Positions 44,505-54,915 of a DNA stretch of 64,000 bases are shown in pieces. Numbering within the stretch: the first letter of the stretch is position 1; each line of letters begins with the position of its first letter. The translations under genes and the position numbers were made by a program. Source of the DNA: an uncultured Ignavibacteria bacterium. Lineage in GTDB: Bacteria; Zixibacteria; MSB-5A5; DSPP01. Under the pieces are notes generated by a model. The model was not told where the DNA came from. It worked only from the letters and a program-made list of their open reading frames with translations, and ran no database searches. The stretch is from contig CAZSIT010000002.1 in NCBI GenBank assembly GCA_964607165.1, positions 46,063-110,062 on the forward strand, read 5' to 3'.

Positions 44505-45643
44505 AACCTTTAATATTCCCCGAAGAAAAAATCCTGGCTTCTTATGCCGCGCGGTCATCGGAAAGCCGCGGGAGAGTTCATCCTGAAACGGAGCACGCCT
44601 ACCGCTCTGCCTTCCAGCGCGACCGGGAACGCATCGTCCATTCCACCGCTTTCCGGCGGTTGGAATATAAAACGCAAGTGTTCGTGAATCAGGAAGGGGA
44701 CTTATACCGCACCCGGTTGACGCATACCATCGAAGTTTCCCAAATCGCCCGCTCGGCGGCGCGGGCGATGGGGTTAAACGAGGATTTGGCGGAAGCGATT
44801 GCCTTGGTGCACGATTTGGGGCATACGCCTTTCGGTCACACCGGCGAGGAGATTCTGGACGAATTGACTAAGGATGTGGGCGGTTTTTCCCACAACCGTC
44901 AGTCGTTGAGGGTAGTGGATTTTTTGGAACAAAAATACCCAAATTTCTCCGGGCTGAACTTAACCTACGAAGTACGCGAAGGAATCGTCAAGCACCAAAC
45001 CGCTACAAAGCTGCCAATACCCAAAGAGTTTCATCCTAATGAGCGGCCGACCTTGGAATCGGATTTGGTCGATTTGGCGGATGAAATTGCCTATAACTGT
45101 CATGACATTGACGATGGCTTGACCTCTGGAATCCTAACGCCAGAGCAGGTGCGAATACTTTCAATCTGGAAAAAGCTGGGGGCCTCCGCCGTCCGGAAAT
45201 TCAGGGATTTGCCCTTTGCCCGTCTGCAGAGCCAAATCGTGCGGGAGATGATAAATCGGGAAGTGAACGATTTGGTCACCACTACGCTTTCTCGCATTGA
45301 AAAACTGAAAATCAAAAGTCTAACGGACGTGCGCAAAGTTAAAGAAAGTCCGTTGGGTTTTTCCGCTGCACTAAAAAAAGAAAACGCCGAGTTGAAGAAA
45401 TTTTTAAACGAAAATTTTTACCGCCATCACCGGCTGGTGCGGATGGCGGACAAAGCCAAGCGGATTATCGCCGAGCTTTTTGGCGCCTATACGCGCAATC
45501 CCGATTTACTTCCCCCCACAAGCCGCGCACGCCTGAAAAGAGAACCACCCAAACGAGTGGTGGCCGATTACATCGCCGGAATGACCGACCGGTATGCGAT
45601 TTTAGAGTATCAAAGATTGTTCGACCCGGCGGAAAGGGTGTGA
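44498..45643 (+). CDS. dgt: dGTP triphosphohydrolase-like HD-domain protein
   Basis: 'RLTHTIEVSQIAR...HDLGHTPFGH' HD motif; C-terminal 'DYIAGMTDRYA'. Confidence 0.8.
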   Translation: MVKPLIFPEEKILASYAARSSESRGRVHPETEHAYRSAFQRDRERIVHSTAFRRLEYKTQVFVNQEGDLYRTRLTHTIEVSQIARSAARAMGLNEDLAEAIALVHDLGHTPFGHTGEEILDELTKDVGGFSHNRQSLRVVDFLEQKYPNFSGLNLTYEVREGIVKHQTATKLPIPKEFHPNERPTLESDLVDLADEIAYNCHDIDDGLTSGILTPEQVRILSIWKKLGASAVRKFRDLPFARLQSQIVREMINREVNDLVTTTLSRIEKLKIKSLTDVRKVKESPLGFSAALKKENAELKKFLNENFYRHHRLVRMADKAKRIIAELFGAYTRNPDLLPPTSRARLKREPPKRVVADYIAGMTDRYAILEYQRLFDPAERV

Positions 45644-45645
45644 AA

Positions 45646-47073
45646 TTACTGGAGAGCAATGCGGGAGAGGTTAATTCCGTAATCCTGCGAATTCAAAAGC
45701 CGCTTGATGTTCCGGCTGAACTGCCCGCTGGCCTGGTCCCGCTCGCTTAAATCCACCAGCGTGAACTCGGTTTTTTGACCTGCGGCATCGACGATGACCC
45801 GCACTTTGGGCCGGTAGATATTATCCGGATTGGTTTTGTACACGATTCCGATTTCGTTGGTATCCAAAAGCACCAGCGAGCCGACCGGAAAAACGCCGAT
45901 GGTGGAAACAAAAATTTTCAAGAGCAAAGGGTCATACATCGTCCCCATCCCGCCTATAAGTTTCTGCAGCACCTCATCGGGAGTAAAGGGAGTTTTGAAG
46001 TAAACCCGCCCGCTGGTCAAAGCCTCGTACGTGTCGCAGATTTTTACAATCATCGGAAAAATTCCTGGCACGCGTTTCATAGAGAGAACGGGATACCCCT
46101 TGGTGTCGTAATTGATATGGTGCATAAAGGCGACTTCGGCCGCCCGGGCGGTGAACTCATCCGTCCCGCGGGTTAACATCAAGGTTTTAGCCCCCAAAAC
46201 CGGATGGCGCCGCATCTGCTTCCAATCCTCTTCGTCGAAATCATCCGGTTTGTTGAGCAACTCGAGAGGCAACTTGACTTTACCAATGTCGTGAAAAAGC
46301 GCCGCGAAGCCCAAAAGCGCCAGAGTCTTTTTGTCCAACCCCAGGCGGGTGCCCAAGGTAACCGAAAGAACCGCTACGTTGACCGAATGGGCATAGGTAT
46401 AATCGTCGAAGTGTAAAAGAGCCGCCAGTTCCATCAAAGCCGCTTCATCCTCCACGACCTGGTCAACCAGTTCCTGCACCACCCGCTTGGCCGACGGCAA
46501 GTTAAATCTCTTGCCCGCCCGGACAGCACTCATGGCTGTCTCTACCAAAGCTACCGCCGTGGTAAAAGTCTTGCGCGCTGCCTCGCGCGAGGTTTGATGC
46601 TCGACAAGGTTTTCTTCCTTTTTCGTCTTCGGAACAATATGCTCAACTTTTTCCTGTTCGAACAGCTCCAGCAAAGCGGCGGGGTCTTCCGGGGCTTTTT
46701 TGAAAATAAAAACAAAGCGGTTCAACTCCTCCTGGGTTAACCTCGGTTCAAAGGAGAGCCCGCCCAAATGGTGGCTGGCTAAGACTCCGATTAAAAACTT
46801 GCCGGCGGTGTAACCTTCTAAATCGAATTTTAAGCGAAGGTCGTTGACAAAAAGGTGCCCATCGAGGGTCTCTAAATCGACTTTTCCCTCTCCGTCCTGC
46901 AGGCGGGAAATTACTGAAAACAGCTGTTGAGCCGGGTTTTGGAAGGAGGGATGGCTGGAATCGTACAATTCCGCCGTGCGAAACAGAACAAAAAGCCCGT
47001 TCACCAACTCTTTTTTCAAGTCCGGAGCGGAAGTTTGAATGCTGCGCTGTTCTTTAACCGCTGCGGTGCTCAT
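45646..47073 (-). CDS. HD-GYP domain c-di-GMP phosphodiesterase-like protein
   Basis: 'HDIGK', 'HH..YDTKGYP' HD-GYP signature. Confidence 0.75.
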   Translation of the reverse strand: MSTAAVKEQRSIQTSAPDLKKELVNGLFVLFRTAELYDSSHPSFQNPAQQLFSVISRLQDGEGKVDLETLDGHLFVNDLRLKFDLEGYTAGKFLIGVLASHHLGGLSFEPRLTQEELNRFVFIFKKAPEDPAALLELFEQEKVEHIVPKTKKEENLVEHQTSREAARKTFTTAVALVETAMSAVRAGKRFNLPSAKRVVQELVDQVVEDEAALMELAALLHFDDYTYAHSVNVAVLSVTLGTRLGLDKKTLALLGFAALFHDIGKVKLPLELLNKPDDFDEEDWKQMRRHPVLGAKTLMLTRGTDEFTARAAEVAFMHHINYDTKGYPVLSMKRVPGIFPMIVKICDTYEALTSGRVYFKTPFTPDEVLQKLIGGMGTMYDPLLLKIFVSTIGVFPVGSLVLLDTNEIGIVYKTNPDNIYRPKVRVIVDAAGQKTEFTLVDLSERDQASGQFSRNIKRLLNSQDYGINLSRIALQ

Positions 47074-48911
47074 TTTTCTTGCTCCCTTTTTGATTCATAA
47101 GGCGGAGCGGCAAATCCTATCCGCCCCAGCGCTTCTTGCGCCTTGTGCGCCATTTCCCGATCCTTTTTCCCTGCCAAGCTGGACAAAAAAGAGGCCGCAG
47201 CGTTGCCACAGAAGCCCAAAGCTTCCACCGCCAAAAGCTTTTCATTGTGCAGCTCTCTACGCTCAAAAAATGAAAATTGTTTTATCTTGTTTACGAGCGG
47301 CAACACCGCCTCTTCCTGACCGGTTTTTGCCGCGGCCAGAAACCAGGCCCTCTTCTCTTCGTCCGATTTCTTGGAAAAATTTTTCTCCTCCATGCCTTCC
47401 GCCAGAGGAGTCAAAAGTTCCTTTTTGCGGCATTGCGCCAAATATTTCAAAACCATAATGCGCACTTTTTCATCATCATCTCTTAACGCCTCCGCCATCA
47501 AAAGGTAGGCTTTCGGAGTGCCGACGTGAGCCAGAGCGGTCAGGGCTTCTTTTTTAACTCGAGGATCGGGGTGAATTAACGGTTTTTTCAGATAGTCAAT
47601 CGCCCGCTCACCGCCGATTTTCCCCAGAACGGCGGTGACGTTGCGCACCACAAACCAGCGCTTGTCGTACACGGCGTTGCCGACAAGGTCCAAAACTTCA
47701 ATTCCCCGGGCCTCCAGTACCCGGCAGACGGCTCTTCGGAAAGCGAAGCTTTCCAAGTCTCCCAGCATTCCGACCATATGCGTAAAAGCGGTGCGCCCCA
47801 GGCCGGAAAGGTAGACTTCAAACTGCTCGGCAGAGGCATCGGGAATGGTGTTGGCGGCTTTGACCGCTGAAGCAATCCGGTTGCGGTCACCGGCCCTTTG
47901 ATGAAGTTCCAAAAGTTTTTCTCTTTTCCGGGGCGATTCTTCACCTACCATATCCCCAACCTCACGCGCCGTCGTCAAAATTTTGTGGCAGCCGGAAAAG
48001 TCTCCCTTTTCCAGCCGCTCGTCGAAAAGCCTTCTTAAAATGGAAACCGTTTCATCAAACTCCGCTTTCTGGTTTTCCTGCAGAAGAATCTCTTTCAAAA
48101 TGAACAGCTCTTGAGAAAATGGGTCAAAGCCGGCTTCCGCCGCCAGGCAGCCTTTAATTCCTTCTATTTCTTCTTTTTCTAACTCTTCCGGATTTCCTAA
48201 AAGCTCGACTAAGTCCCGAACGTGCGGATGGTGGGATTGTTTCGGGTCTTTTTTCTCTTCCTCGGTGAGGGAAACGACGACCGGCTTAGTTTCATCGAAG
48301 GCGATTTGGCCATATTCGATGCGGGCCGTATCTTCAAACTCGGGCACAAAGGGGGTCAAATCCAAACTTTGCGTTACCGGAGATTCCACCACTTGAAAAC
48401 GGATGTGCACCAACTCTTTTTCCCAGAGTTTGGTCACCAAATCATCCGGCGCTTCCTCGGTTTTGACGGAGTCGGCCGGTTTTTCCCCTCTAAACTGCGC
48501 CACTTCCCGAAAGGCTTCAAGAAAAGAGAGAATTTCATCCGCCGTCGTTTCGGCGTCAAAAGTTACCTCCCGGATTCCATCCATATGCATGCGCGTGGCG
48601 ATCGATTCTTCCCGACTGCTTTCCACAAAGACTTTTTCCCCCTCGAACCAGAATTCTCCCGGCTTAACAGCCAAAAAGACCCTCCCTTGGCAGGACAAAA
48701 ACTGGCAAAATTTTTCGGAGAAATTCTTCTTGAATTCCTTGGGGAGGGGATTATCCGGTGGATACAGTACTACAATCTTGACCGTTTTGGAAAACAAGCC
48801 GAATAGAAATTTCAGCTCTTCGATTTTGGCTTTATCGCCAACGATTTTTTCTTCAGTCAAACAGGCTCCCCTTAAAAGAATAAAACCGAGCCGCCCCCCT
48901 CTGCGGCTCAC
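47070..48911 (-). CDS. HEAT-repeat protein (PBS-lyase-like repeats), co-transcribed with HD-GYP gene
   Basis: 613 aa; repeated 'D..VR..A..ALG.IG' units; 4-nt overlap with downstream gene. Confidence 0.55.
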   Translation of the reverse strand: MSRRGGRLGFILLRGACLTEEKIVGDKAKIEELKFLFGLFSKTVKIVVLYPPDNPLPKEFKKNFSEKFCQFLSCQGRVFLAVKPGEFWFEGEKVFVESSREESIATRMHMDGIREVTFDAETTADEILSFLEAFREVAQFRGEKPADSVKTEEAPDDLVTKLWEKELVHIRFQVVESPVTQSLDLTPFVPEFEDTARIEYGQIAFDETKPVVVSLTEEEKKDPKQSHHPHVRDLVELLGNPEELEKEEIEGIKGCLAAEAGFDPFSQELFILKEILLQENQKAEFDETVSILRRLFDERLEKGDFSGCHKILTTAREVGDMVGEESPRKREKLLELHQRAGDRNRIASAVKAANTIPDASAEQFEVYLSGLGRTAFTHMVGMLGDLESFAFRRAVCRVLEARGIEVLDLVGNAVYDKRWFVVRNVTAVLGKIGGERAIDYLKKPLIHPDPRVKKEALTALAHVGTPKAYLLMAEALRDDDEKVRIMVLKYLAQCRKKELLTPLAEGMEEKNFSKKSDEEKRAWFLAAAKTGQEEAVLPLVNKIKQFSFFERRELHNEKLLAVEALGFCGNAAASFLSSLAGKKDREMAHKAQEALGRIGFAAPPYESKREQEK

Positions 48912-48959
48912 ATCTATATTTGTCGGTATAACCGGCGGTTTCTAAAGCGAACGGCAAGA

Positions 48960-49478
48960 TTAAGAGTTGCTTCTCTTTATCCTGTTTTGGACTACTAAAT
49001 AAAATCCCAAAAGCGCCATTGCCGCCAAAAGCAGATTCAAATACAGCCGCGAAAAGGCTTCCTTGCCGGTGGAAATGCCCCAAAGACTGCCCCCAATCCG
49101 GTCAAAAATCAGGTTGCCGAACAGAAAGTTGACCGCCGCCAACAAAAAAATCACCCCGCCCGCGATGATAGCCCGCTGCTCCGGTTTGCGGGATAAAAGA
49201 AAAAGCGCAAAAAAGCCCCCCGCCAAGCCACACAAAGCCGGCACGAAAGCAAAGAAAGGAGAGTTAATGGCTAAGCCGGTGATAAACAGCCAGATAACCG
49301 AACCGAGCGCACCGCCCATAATGCCGATAGCCGCTCCGATATTGAACGTCTTTTCCACTTGTGGTAAACCTTGTTGAACCATAACATTATTATCGGCAAC
49401 CGTAAAAGCGGATTTTAGGGGAATTTGCACTTCCCTGAAATGTGAAAGGTCATACCTTGACGGATAAGAGAGAAACAA
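48960..49478 (-). CDS. hypothetical membrane protein
   Basis: 4 predicted TM helices; true start may be the internal ATG (~49370). Confidence 0.35.
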   Translation of the reverse strand: MFLSYPSRYDLSHFREVQIPLKSAFTVADNNVMVQQGLPQVEKTFNIGAAIGIMGGALGSVIWLFITGLAINSPFFAFVPALCGLAGGFFALFLLSRKPEQRAIIAGGVIFLLAAVNFLFGNLIFDRIGGSLWGISTGKEAFSRLYLNLLLAAMALLGFYLVVQNRIKRSNS

Positions 49479-49517
49479 TTTTATTGTGCATGTTGGGAGG
49501 AGAATTTAAAACTTAAG

Positions 49518-49994
49518 ATGCCACTTCTTCAAGCCGAGGCGGATGCTCTTCTTCAAATGACAAAAGAATTTGTGGATGATGACCCAATTGAATTCCATCG
49601 GAATCAGCCGATGAACGCCGACCGCTTACTTCGGTCCGTCGATAGGCGAGAAGAATTTATATTGGACATTGAACGTGGAAATCGTAAACGTATTAGATTA
49701 AAGTTTCAAACAAGAGCGCGAAAAGTAATTGTATTAGCTCGATTTGAATTAAGCGGTCCGCCCCACAAAAACCCGCCCAATTCACCATATAGGCCAGGAG
49801 AATGGCTTAGCGAAAGCCATTTACATTTATACAAAGAAGGTTTTGAAGATAGGATTGCCTATGAACTTGCTGACGTGCCAAGCTTAGGAATCTCAGAAGT
49901 CCTTGCCGATAATCCGGGAGTAGAATACTTAGAGCATTTCATGAAGTTCTGTGGAATAAAATCTTGGCCTCCTATTCAAATGGTTCTTTTATGA
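49518..49994 (+). CDS. hypothetical protein (AT-rich islet, gene 1 of 2)
   Basis: 158 aa; low-GC; no recognisable domain; ATGA overlap with next gene. Confidence 0.35.
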   Translation: MPLLQAEADALLQMTKEFVDDDPIEFHRNQPMNADRLLRSVDRREEFILDIERGNRKRIRLKFQTRARKVIVLARFELSGPPHKNPPNSPYRPGEWLSESHLHLYKEGFEDRIAYELADVPSLGISEVLADNPGVEYLEHFMKFCGIKSWPPIQMVLL

Positions 49995-50767
49995 AAAAGA
50001 ATGAATGCGAAAAATTAATTAAAAGTTATATGGATTGGCTAAAAGAAGGGATAAGCATCAAGGAAATGGAAAAATCTTGCCAGATTACTACTCCTTTCTT
50101 AGATCGGCACAATGATGCGCTTCAAATCTACGTTGAAAAACATGATGGCAGTTTGCGCCTAACTGATGATGGGTATACCATTATGGATCTCCGGGCAAGC
50201 GGATTAGAACTATCTGGGGAGAAAAGAATTGGACATCTGCAAGCTATCCTAAATGGGTTTGGTGTTCATTTGGATAAGGATGAAATTTTTGTAGTTACTA
50301 CACCCCGTGATTTTCCTCAAAAGAAACATAATCTTGTTCAGGCTATTCTGGAAATAAACGACATGTTTGTAATGGCACGAGAATACGTTTCCTCATTATT
50401 TAAGGAAGATGTGACGAAATTTTTACAACAGAATCAAGTCCCTATATTTGCGGACCTAAAACTGAGCGGTAAAACTGGGCTTGATCACAAATTCGATTTT
50501 GGATTGCCCAAAACCGCTACAAGGCCTGAACGGGTTCTTCAAGCCATTAATAACTTGACAAAAGAGCAGACTTTTTCATTTGCTTTTTCTATTGCCGATG
50601 TAAACGCGATAAGGCACGAACCTTTAGGAGCGTACACTTTTCTTAACGATATTGAGCATTCTCCGCCAGAGGAATTTATGGCTGCGTTAAGAGCCTACTC
50701 TGTAGTGCCACTTCTTTGGAGTAAGCGTGAAGGCACGCTATCACAACTAAACGGAGGAAAAGAATAG
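49991..50767 (+). CDS. hypothetical protein (AT-rich islet, gene 2 of 2)
   Basis: 258 aa; low-GC; no recognisable domain. Confidence 0.35.
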   Translation: MKKNECEKLIKSYMDWLKEGISIKEMEKSCQITTPFLDRHNDALQIYVEKHDGSLRLTDDGYTIMDLRASGLELSGEKRIGHLQAILNGFGVHLDKDEIFVVTTPRDFPQKKHNLVQAILEINDMFVMAREYVSSLFKEDVTKFLQQNQVPIFADLKLSGKTGLDHKFDFGLPKTATRPERVLQAINNLTKEQTFSFAFSIADVNAIRHEPLGAYTFLNDIEHSPPEEFMAALRAYSVVPLLWSKREGTLSQLNGGKE

Positions 50768-50809
50768 ATTTTCACTATTCTTAACAGTAGGTGGAGTTAC
50801 TCTAAAGTT

Positions 50810-52636
50810 TTATTCCACCGTAACGCTTTTGGCCAAGTTGCGGGGCTGGTCCACGTTGCAGCCGCGCAGAACGGCGATGTGGTAGGCCAAAAGCTGAAGC
50901 GGAATGACCGAAAGCATCGGCGTTAAAGCCGGAAGGGTGGCGGGAATATGAATGACGTGGTCGGCCAAATTACCAATTTCCGTGTCCCCATCGGTCGCCA
51001 CGGCAATCACCTGCCCCCGGCGGGCTTTGATTTCCTGAATGCTGGAGACCACCTTGTCGTAAATCGGGTCTTTCAGGGCAATCACCACCACCGGCATATT
51101 TTCGTCGATTAAGGCAATCGGGCCATGCTTCATTTCCGCCGCCGGATACCCTTCGGCATGGATGTAGGAGATTTCTTTCAGTTTCAAAGCCCCTTCCAAA
51201 GCCACCGGAAAGTTGATGCCGCGACCGAGATAGAGGAAATTGTTTTTGGTATGATATTTTTCAGCCAATTCCTTAATCTGGTCTTCATTTTCCAATATCT
51301 TTTTGACCAATGCGGGGATTTTTTCCAGCTCGGTGATGAACTCCTTGCCCCGTTCCAAGGACAAGGTGCGCATCCGGCCTAAAAGCAAAGTAATCAAAGC
51401 CAAAGTCATCACCTGCCCGGTGAAAGCCTTGGTGGAGGCGACCCCGATTTCCGGCCCGGCGTGAATATACAGACCGCCGGAGGCCTCGCGGGCGATGGTG
51501 GAGCCGACCACATTGCAGATGGCGAGTACTTTTGCTCCTCTGCGTTTGGCTTCGCGTTGGGCGGCCAACGTGTCTGCCGTTTCGCCCGATTGCGAAATGG
51601 CAAAAACAATCGTTCCCGGATTGATAACCGGCGAGCGGTAGCGAAACTCGGAGGCATATTCCACTTCCACCGGAATCTGGGCCGTCTCTTCAATCATATA
51701 CTCCCCCACCAGCCCGGCATGCCAGGAAGTTCCGCAGGCGGTGATGATGATTCTATCCACGGTGGACAAATCTTGTGGAGTTAGACGTAAACCGGACAGT
51801 CGCGCCGTCCCTTCGGTAAAATTCAGGCGTCCGCGCAGGCAATTTTCGAGCGTGTTGGGCTGCTCGGAAATCTCTTTTTGCATAAAGTGAGAAAAACCCT
51901 CTTTTTCCGCCTCTTCCAAATTCCAGGAAATTTCTTCCAGTTTGGGAGTCACTTCCACTTTGTCTATGGTGGAAACCGCAAAACCATCTTTGCGAATGCG
52001 GGCGATTTCCTTGTCTTCCATATATACCACCTGATTGGTGTAGCGCAAAATGGCGGCTACGTCGGAAGCAACGAAGTTCTCATTTTCTCCGCGCCCGATA
52101 AGGATGGGAGAGCCGCGGCGGGCAGCGACGATTTCGTCCGGATTATCTTCGTGCAAGCAGGCTATGCCGTAAGTCCCTTCCACCTGTGACAGCGCCTCGC
52201 GCGTGGCATCCAACAGATCGCCATCGTAATGTTCTTCTATCAGATGCACCAGCACTTCCGTGTCCGTCTCGGTGCGGAAGATATGCCCCTTTTCGGCCAA
52301 AACTTCGCGCAAGGTTTTATAGTTTTCGATGATACCATTATGAATGAGCGCCAGCTTGCCTTTGCAATCGGTGTGGGGGTGGGCGTTTTTATCGGACGGC
52401 TCGCCGTGAGTAGCCCAGCGGGTGTGGGCGATGCCAATGCCGGCGGAGAACTTATTTCCTTCCAAAATCTGGTCCAAAACGGAGATTTTTCCGGCCGCCT
52501 TTTTGACCACCATCGCGCCCTTTTCGAGAATGGCGATTCCGGCCGAATCGTACCCGCGATATTCGAGGCGGTGAATCCCCTCCATCAAAATGGGAACCGC
52601 TTTTTTCTCCCCCACGTAACCGACTATGCCGCACAT
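50810..52636 (-). CDS. glmS: glutamine--fructose-6-phosphate aminotransferase
   Basis: 'MCGIVGYVG' N-terminal nucleophile Cys; two SIS domains; C-terminal '...KSVTVE'. Confidence 0.9.
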   Translation of the reverse strand: MCGIVGYVGEKKAVPILMEGIHRLEYRGYDSAGIAILEKGAMVVKKAAGKISVLDQILEGNKFSAGIGIAHTRWATHGEPSDKNAHPHTDCKGKLALIHNGIIENYKTLREVLAEKGHIFRTETDTEVLVHLIEEHYDGDLLDATREALSQVEGTYGIACLHEDNPDEIVAARRGSPILIGRGENENFVASDVAAILRYTNQVVYMEDKEIARIRKDGFAVSTIDKVEVTPKLEEISWNLEEAEKEGFSHFMQKEISEQPNTLENCLRGRLNFTEGTARLSGLRLTPQDLSTVDRIIITACGTSWHAGLVGEYMIEETAQIPVEVEYASEFRYRSPVINPGTIVFAISQSGETADTLAAQREAKRRGAKVLAICNVVGSTIAREASGGLYIHAGPEIGVASTKAFTGQVMTLALITLLLGRMRTLSLERGKEFITELEKIPALVKKILENEDQIKELAEKYHTKNNFLYLGRGINFPVALEGALKLKEISYIHAEGYPAAEMKHGPIALIDENMPVVVIALKDPIYDKVVSSIQEIKARRGQVIAVATDGDTEIGNLADHVIHIPATLPALTPMLSVIPLQLLAYHIAVLRGCNVDQPRNLAKSVTVE

Positions 52637-52645
52637 AATTTTTCC

Positions 52646-53998
52646 TTAACGAGTTAGAAGTTCTTTAAGTTCAACCGCTTTAGCTTCCGCCCAGCCGGGC
52701 TTTCCCTCCACGCTCAGACGCCAGATCGGTTCGGTGTTGGAAAGGCGAACCTGAAACCAGCCTTCCGGCAGGCCGACCCACAATCCGTCCCGTTTATCTT
52801 TTCCGCTTTTGGGATGCATTTTTTCAATTTTCCTCAATATCCCCTTTATATCCGCTCGGGCAGATAAAGTTCCCTTGCTTTTAATAAAGCTAAATTTTGG
52901 GAGGGAGTCAACCAATTCCCCCAGCGTTTTCCCCGAAGTGGCCAGATGGGAAAGCACCAAAGCCGCGCCAATTAAGGCATCCCGGCCTGCATGCAGCTGC
53001 GGTAGTATGACACCGCCGTTTCCTTCCCCGCCAATAACTCCTTTATACTTTTTCAGACCGAGCGATACGTGCGCTTCTCCCACCGGGGTGCGATGGCAGG
53101 GCTGACCCTGTTTTTTGGCCACATCGGCATTCATTTGCGAAGTGGAGAGGTTGATGACCACCGGCCCGGGCATTCGCGATAAAACATAATCAACGACTAA
53201 GGCCAGGGTATATTCTTCACCCACCGCCTTGCCCTTTTCGGAAACTAACGCCAGCCGATCGGCATCGGGGTCAACCGCCATTCCCAAATCAGCCCTGGTC
53301 TCGGAAACTTTGGCTTCAAGCTGGCCCAAATTCTCCGGTATCGGCTCGGGATTGTGGGGAAAAAGCCCGTTGGGAGTTGTGTTTAAGCCAATAACATTGC
53401 AACCCAACTTCTTTAAGAGTAAAGGCAAAGCAGAGTAGCCGGCGCCATTCACGCAATCGACGACAACTTTGAAGCACCGGGATGCTACCACTTCTTTGTT
53501 GACCAATGATAAGGCCAAAATTTTCTCGATATGGGAATCTACGGCGGTGTCCCACTTATCTTTCTTCCCCAACTGATCGAATTTTTTCCAATCGCCGGTC
53601 GATTTTGCCAGTTTCTTTAATTTCTCGACTTCTCGAGGAGTTAAAAACGTACTGTCGCTACGGAAAAACTTTAGTGCATTCCAGGGAGCCGGATTATGAC
53701 TGGCGGTGACCATTACGCCGCCGGCCAGTTTTTTCTCCAAGATGGCCATCGCAAGAGTTGGTGTTGGAACAATTCCAAGGGTCAACACATCAATGCCGGC
53801 AGCCAGCAAATTTCCGACAACTAAATTTTCAATCGCTTCGCCGGAGGGGCGGGTATCGCGCCCGACAGCTACCGTGCCTTTTTTAATCAGCCGGGCAAAG
53901 GCGGAAACATAGATGGTTACAATTTCCGGGGTGAGCGATTCCCCCACAATTCCCCGAATGCCGGAAACGGAAACGAGCGGCTCTTTTCTCCCTTTCAC
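52646..53998 (-). CDS. alpha-D-phosphohexomutase family (phosphomannomutase/phosphoglucosamine mutase-like)
   Basis: 'SGIRG' and active-site 'TASHNP'; adjacent to glmS suggests GlmM-like role but motif is PMM/PGM-type. Confidence 0.7.
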   Translation of the reverse strand: MKGRKEPLVSVSGIRGIVGESLTPEIVTIYVSAFARLIKKGTVAVGRDTRPSGEAIENLVVGNLLAAGIDVLTLGIVPTPTLAMAILEKKLAGGVMVTASHNPAPWNALKFFRSDSTFLTPREVEKLKKLAKSTGDWKKFDQLGKKDKWDTAVDSHIEKILALSLVNKEVVASRCFKVVVDCVNGAGYSALPLLLKKLGCNVIGLNTTPNGLFPHNPEPIPENLGQLEAKVSETRADLGMAVDPDADRLALVSEKGKAVGEEYTLALVVDYVLSRMPGPVVINLSTSQMNADVAKKQGQPCHRTPVGEAHVSLGLKKYKGVIGGEGNGGVILPQLHAGRDALIGAALVLSHLATSGKTLGELVDSLPKFSFIKSKGTLSARADIKGILRKIEKMHPKSGKDKRDGLWVGLPEGWFQVRLSNTEPIWRLSVEGKPGWAEAKAVELKELLTR

Positions 53999-54076
53999 GC
54001 CGAGAAATTAGAGCCGTTAGCTGGTTTTGTCAAAGAATGTAACGTACGAGAGTAAAAGACTAAATGGTAAAAGATA

Positions 54077-54880
54077 TTAGTCTTTTAGTGCCTGCTCCAA
54101 AAGCTCGGCCAGGCGCACGCCGGCCCTGGAAAGTTGTTCGCGGGCGACGGGACGCATTTTATTCTGATAGCTTTTTCCCAATTTTTCTCCCTCATGGTCC
54201 CGGTAGTGAGGATAAATTACATCTTTTGCGATACCCCAACTCTCGATCGTCCAATTTGCGACGTTACCCTTTTTCCAATCCGCAACTTCCTGGCCGCTAA
54301 TTTTGTCTTCCAGTTTGCGGGCCAAAGCAATCGGGTCTTCTGTGTCGGAGCGCTCGATTACGCCATCCCAGAGGGCGTGAAGTTTTACTTTACGTTTGAA
54401 AAAGCGGACTTTTTTGTCGTTGCCTCCCTTATCATTGTCATCGGAACAGTGCAAAGGCTGGTGCAAGTCGCCTACCAAATGGACGATGAATTTTAAAGCT
54501 TCTTCGCGCTGCGGCTGGGAGTTATGCGGGTTTTTCAAAATTTTTATCCATTCCCCAATCTGATTGGTAACGCAATTGCCGCTCGGGCAGTAGAGGGAGA
54601 GATCGGTGGGATTCGGGTTTTCGTGGATATTGATGTCGATGAAGTGCCAAGGGCGGGTTTTTGGGCGTCCCCTTTTGATTTCATCCGCCCACATCGCCAC
54701 ATCGGCCAGATGCACATCTTCCCCCAGAATTTCGGCAATTTTGTCCAGCGCCTTGTCGCTTAGCCGGTCTTCAGCAATCTGGGCCACGGTTTGATGCCCC
54801 AACCGCCCCCAAGGCCAAGCTGTGGTGGTAAATGTTAAAACGGCAAGTAATGATATTAAGTATCTATTTTTCTGATTCAT
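54077..54880 (-). CDS. S1/P1-family secreted nuclease
   Basis: Signal peptide then 'WPWGRLGHQTVAQIAEDRL' N-terminal Trp/His zinc ligands; 'HFIDINI', 'HLVGDLHQPLH'. Confidence 0.7.
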   Translation of the reverse strand: MNQKNRYLISLLAVLTFTTTAWPWGRLGHQTVAQIAEDRLSDKALDKIAEILGEDVHLADVAMWADEIKRGRPKTRPWHFIDINIHENPNPTDLSLYCPSGNCVTNQIGEWIKILKNPHNSQPQREEALKFIVHLVGDLHQPLHCSDDNDKGGNDKKVRFFKRKVKLHALWDGVIERSDTEDPIALARKLEDKISGQEVADWKKGNVANWTIESWGIAKDVIYPHYRDHEGEKLGKSYQNKMRPVAREQLSRAGVRLAELLEQALKD

Positions 54881-54915
54881 AGTTTACCCTTCATTTTTGC
54901 AAGGTTAGATATAAT

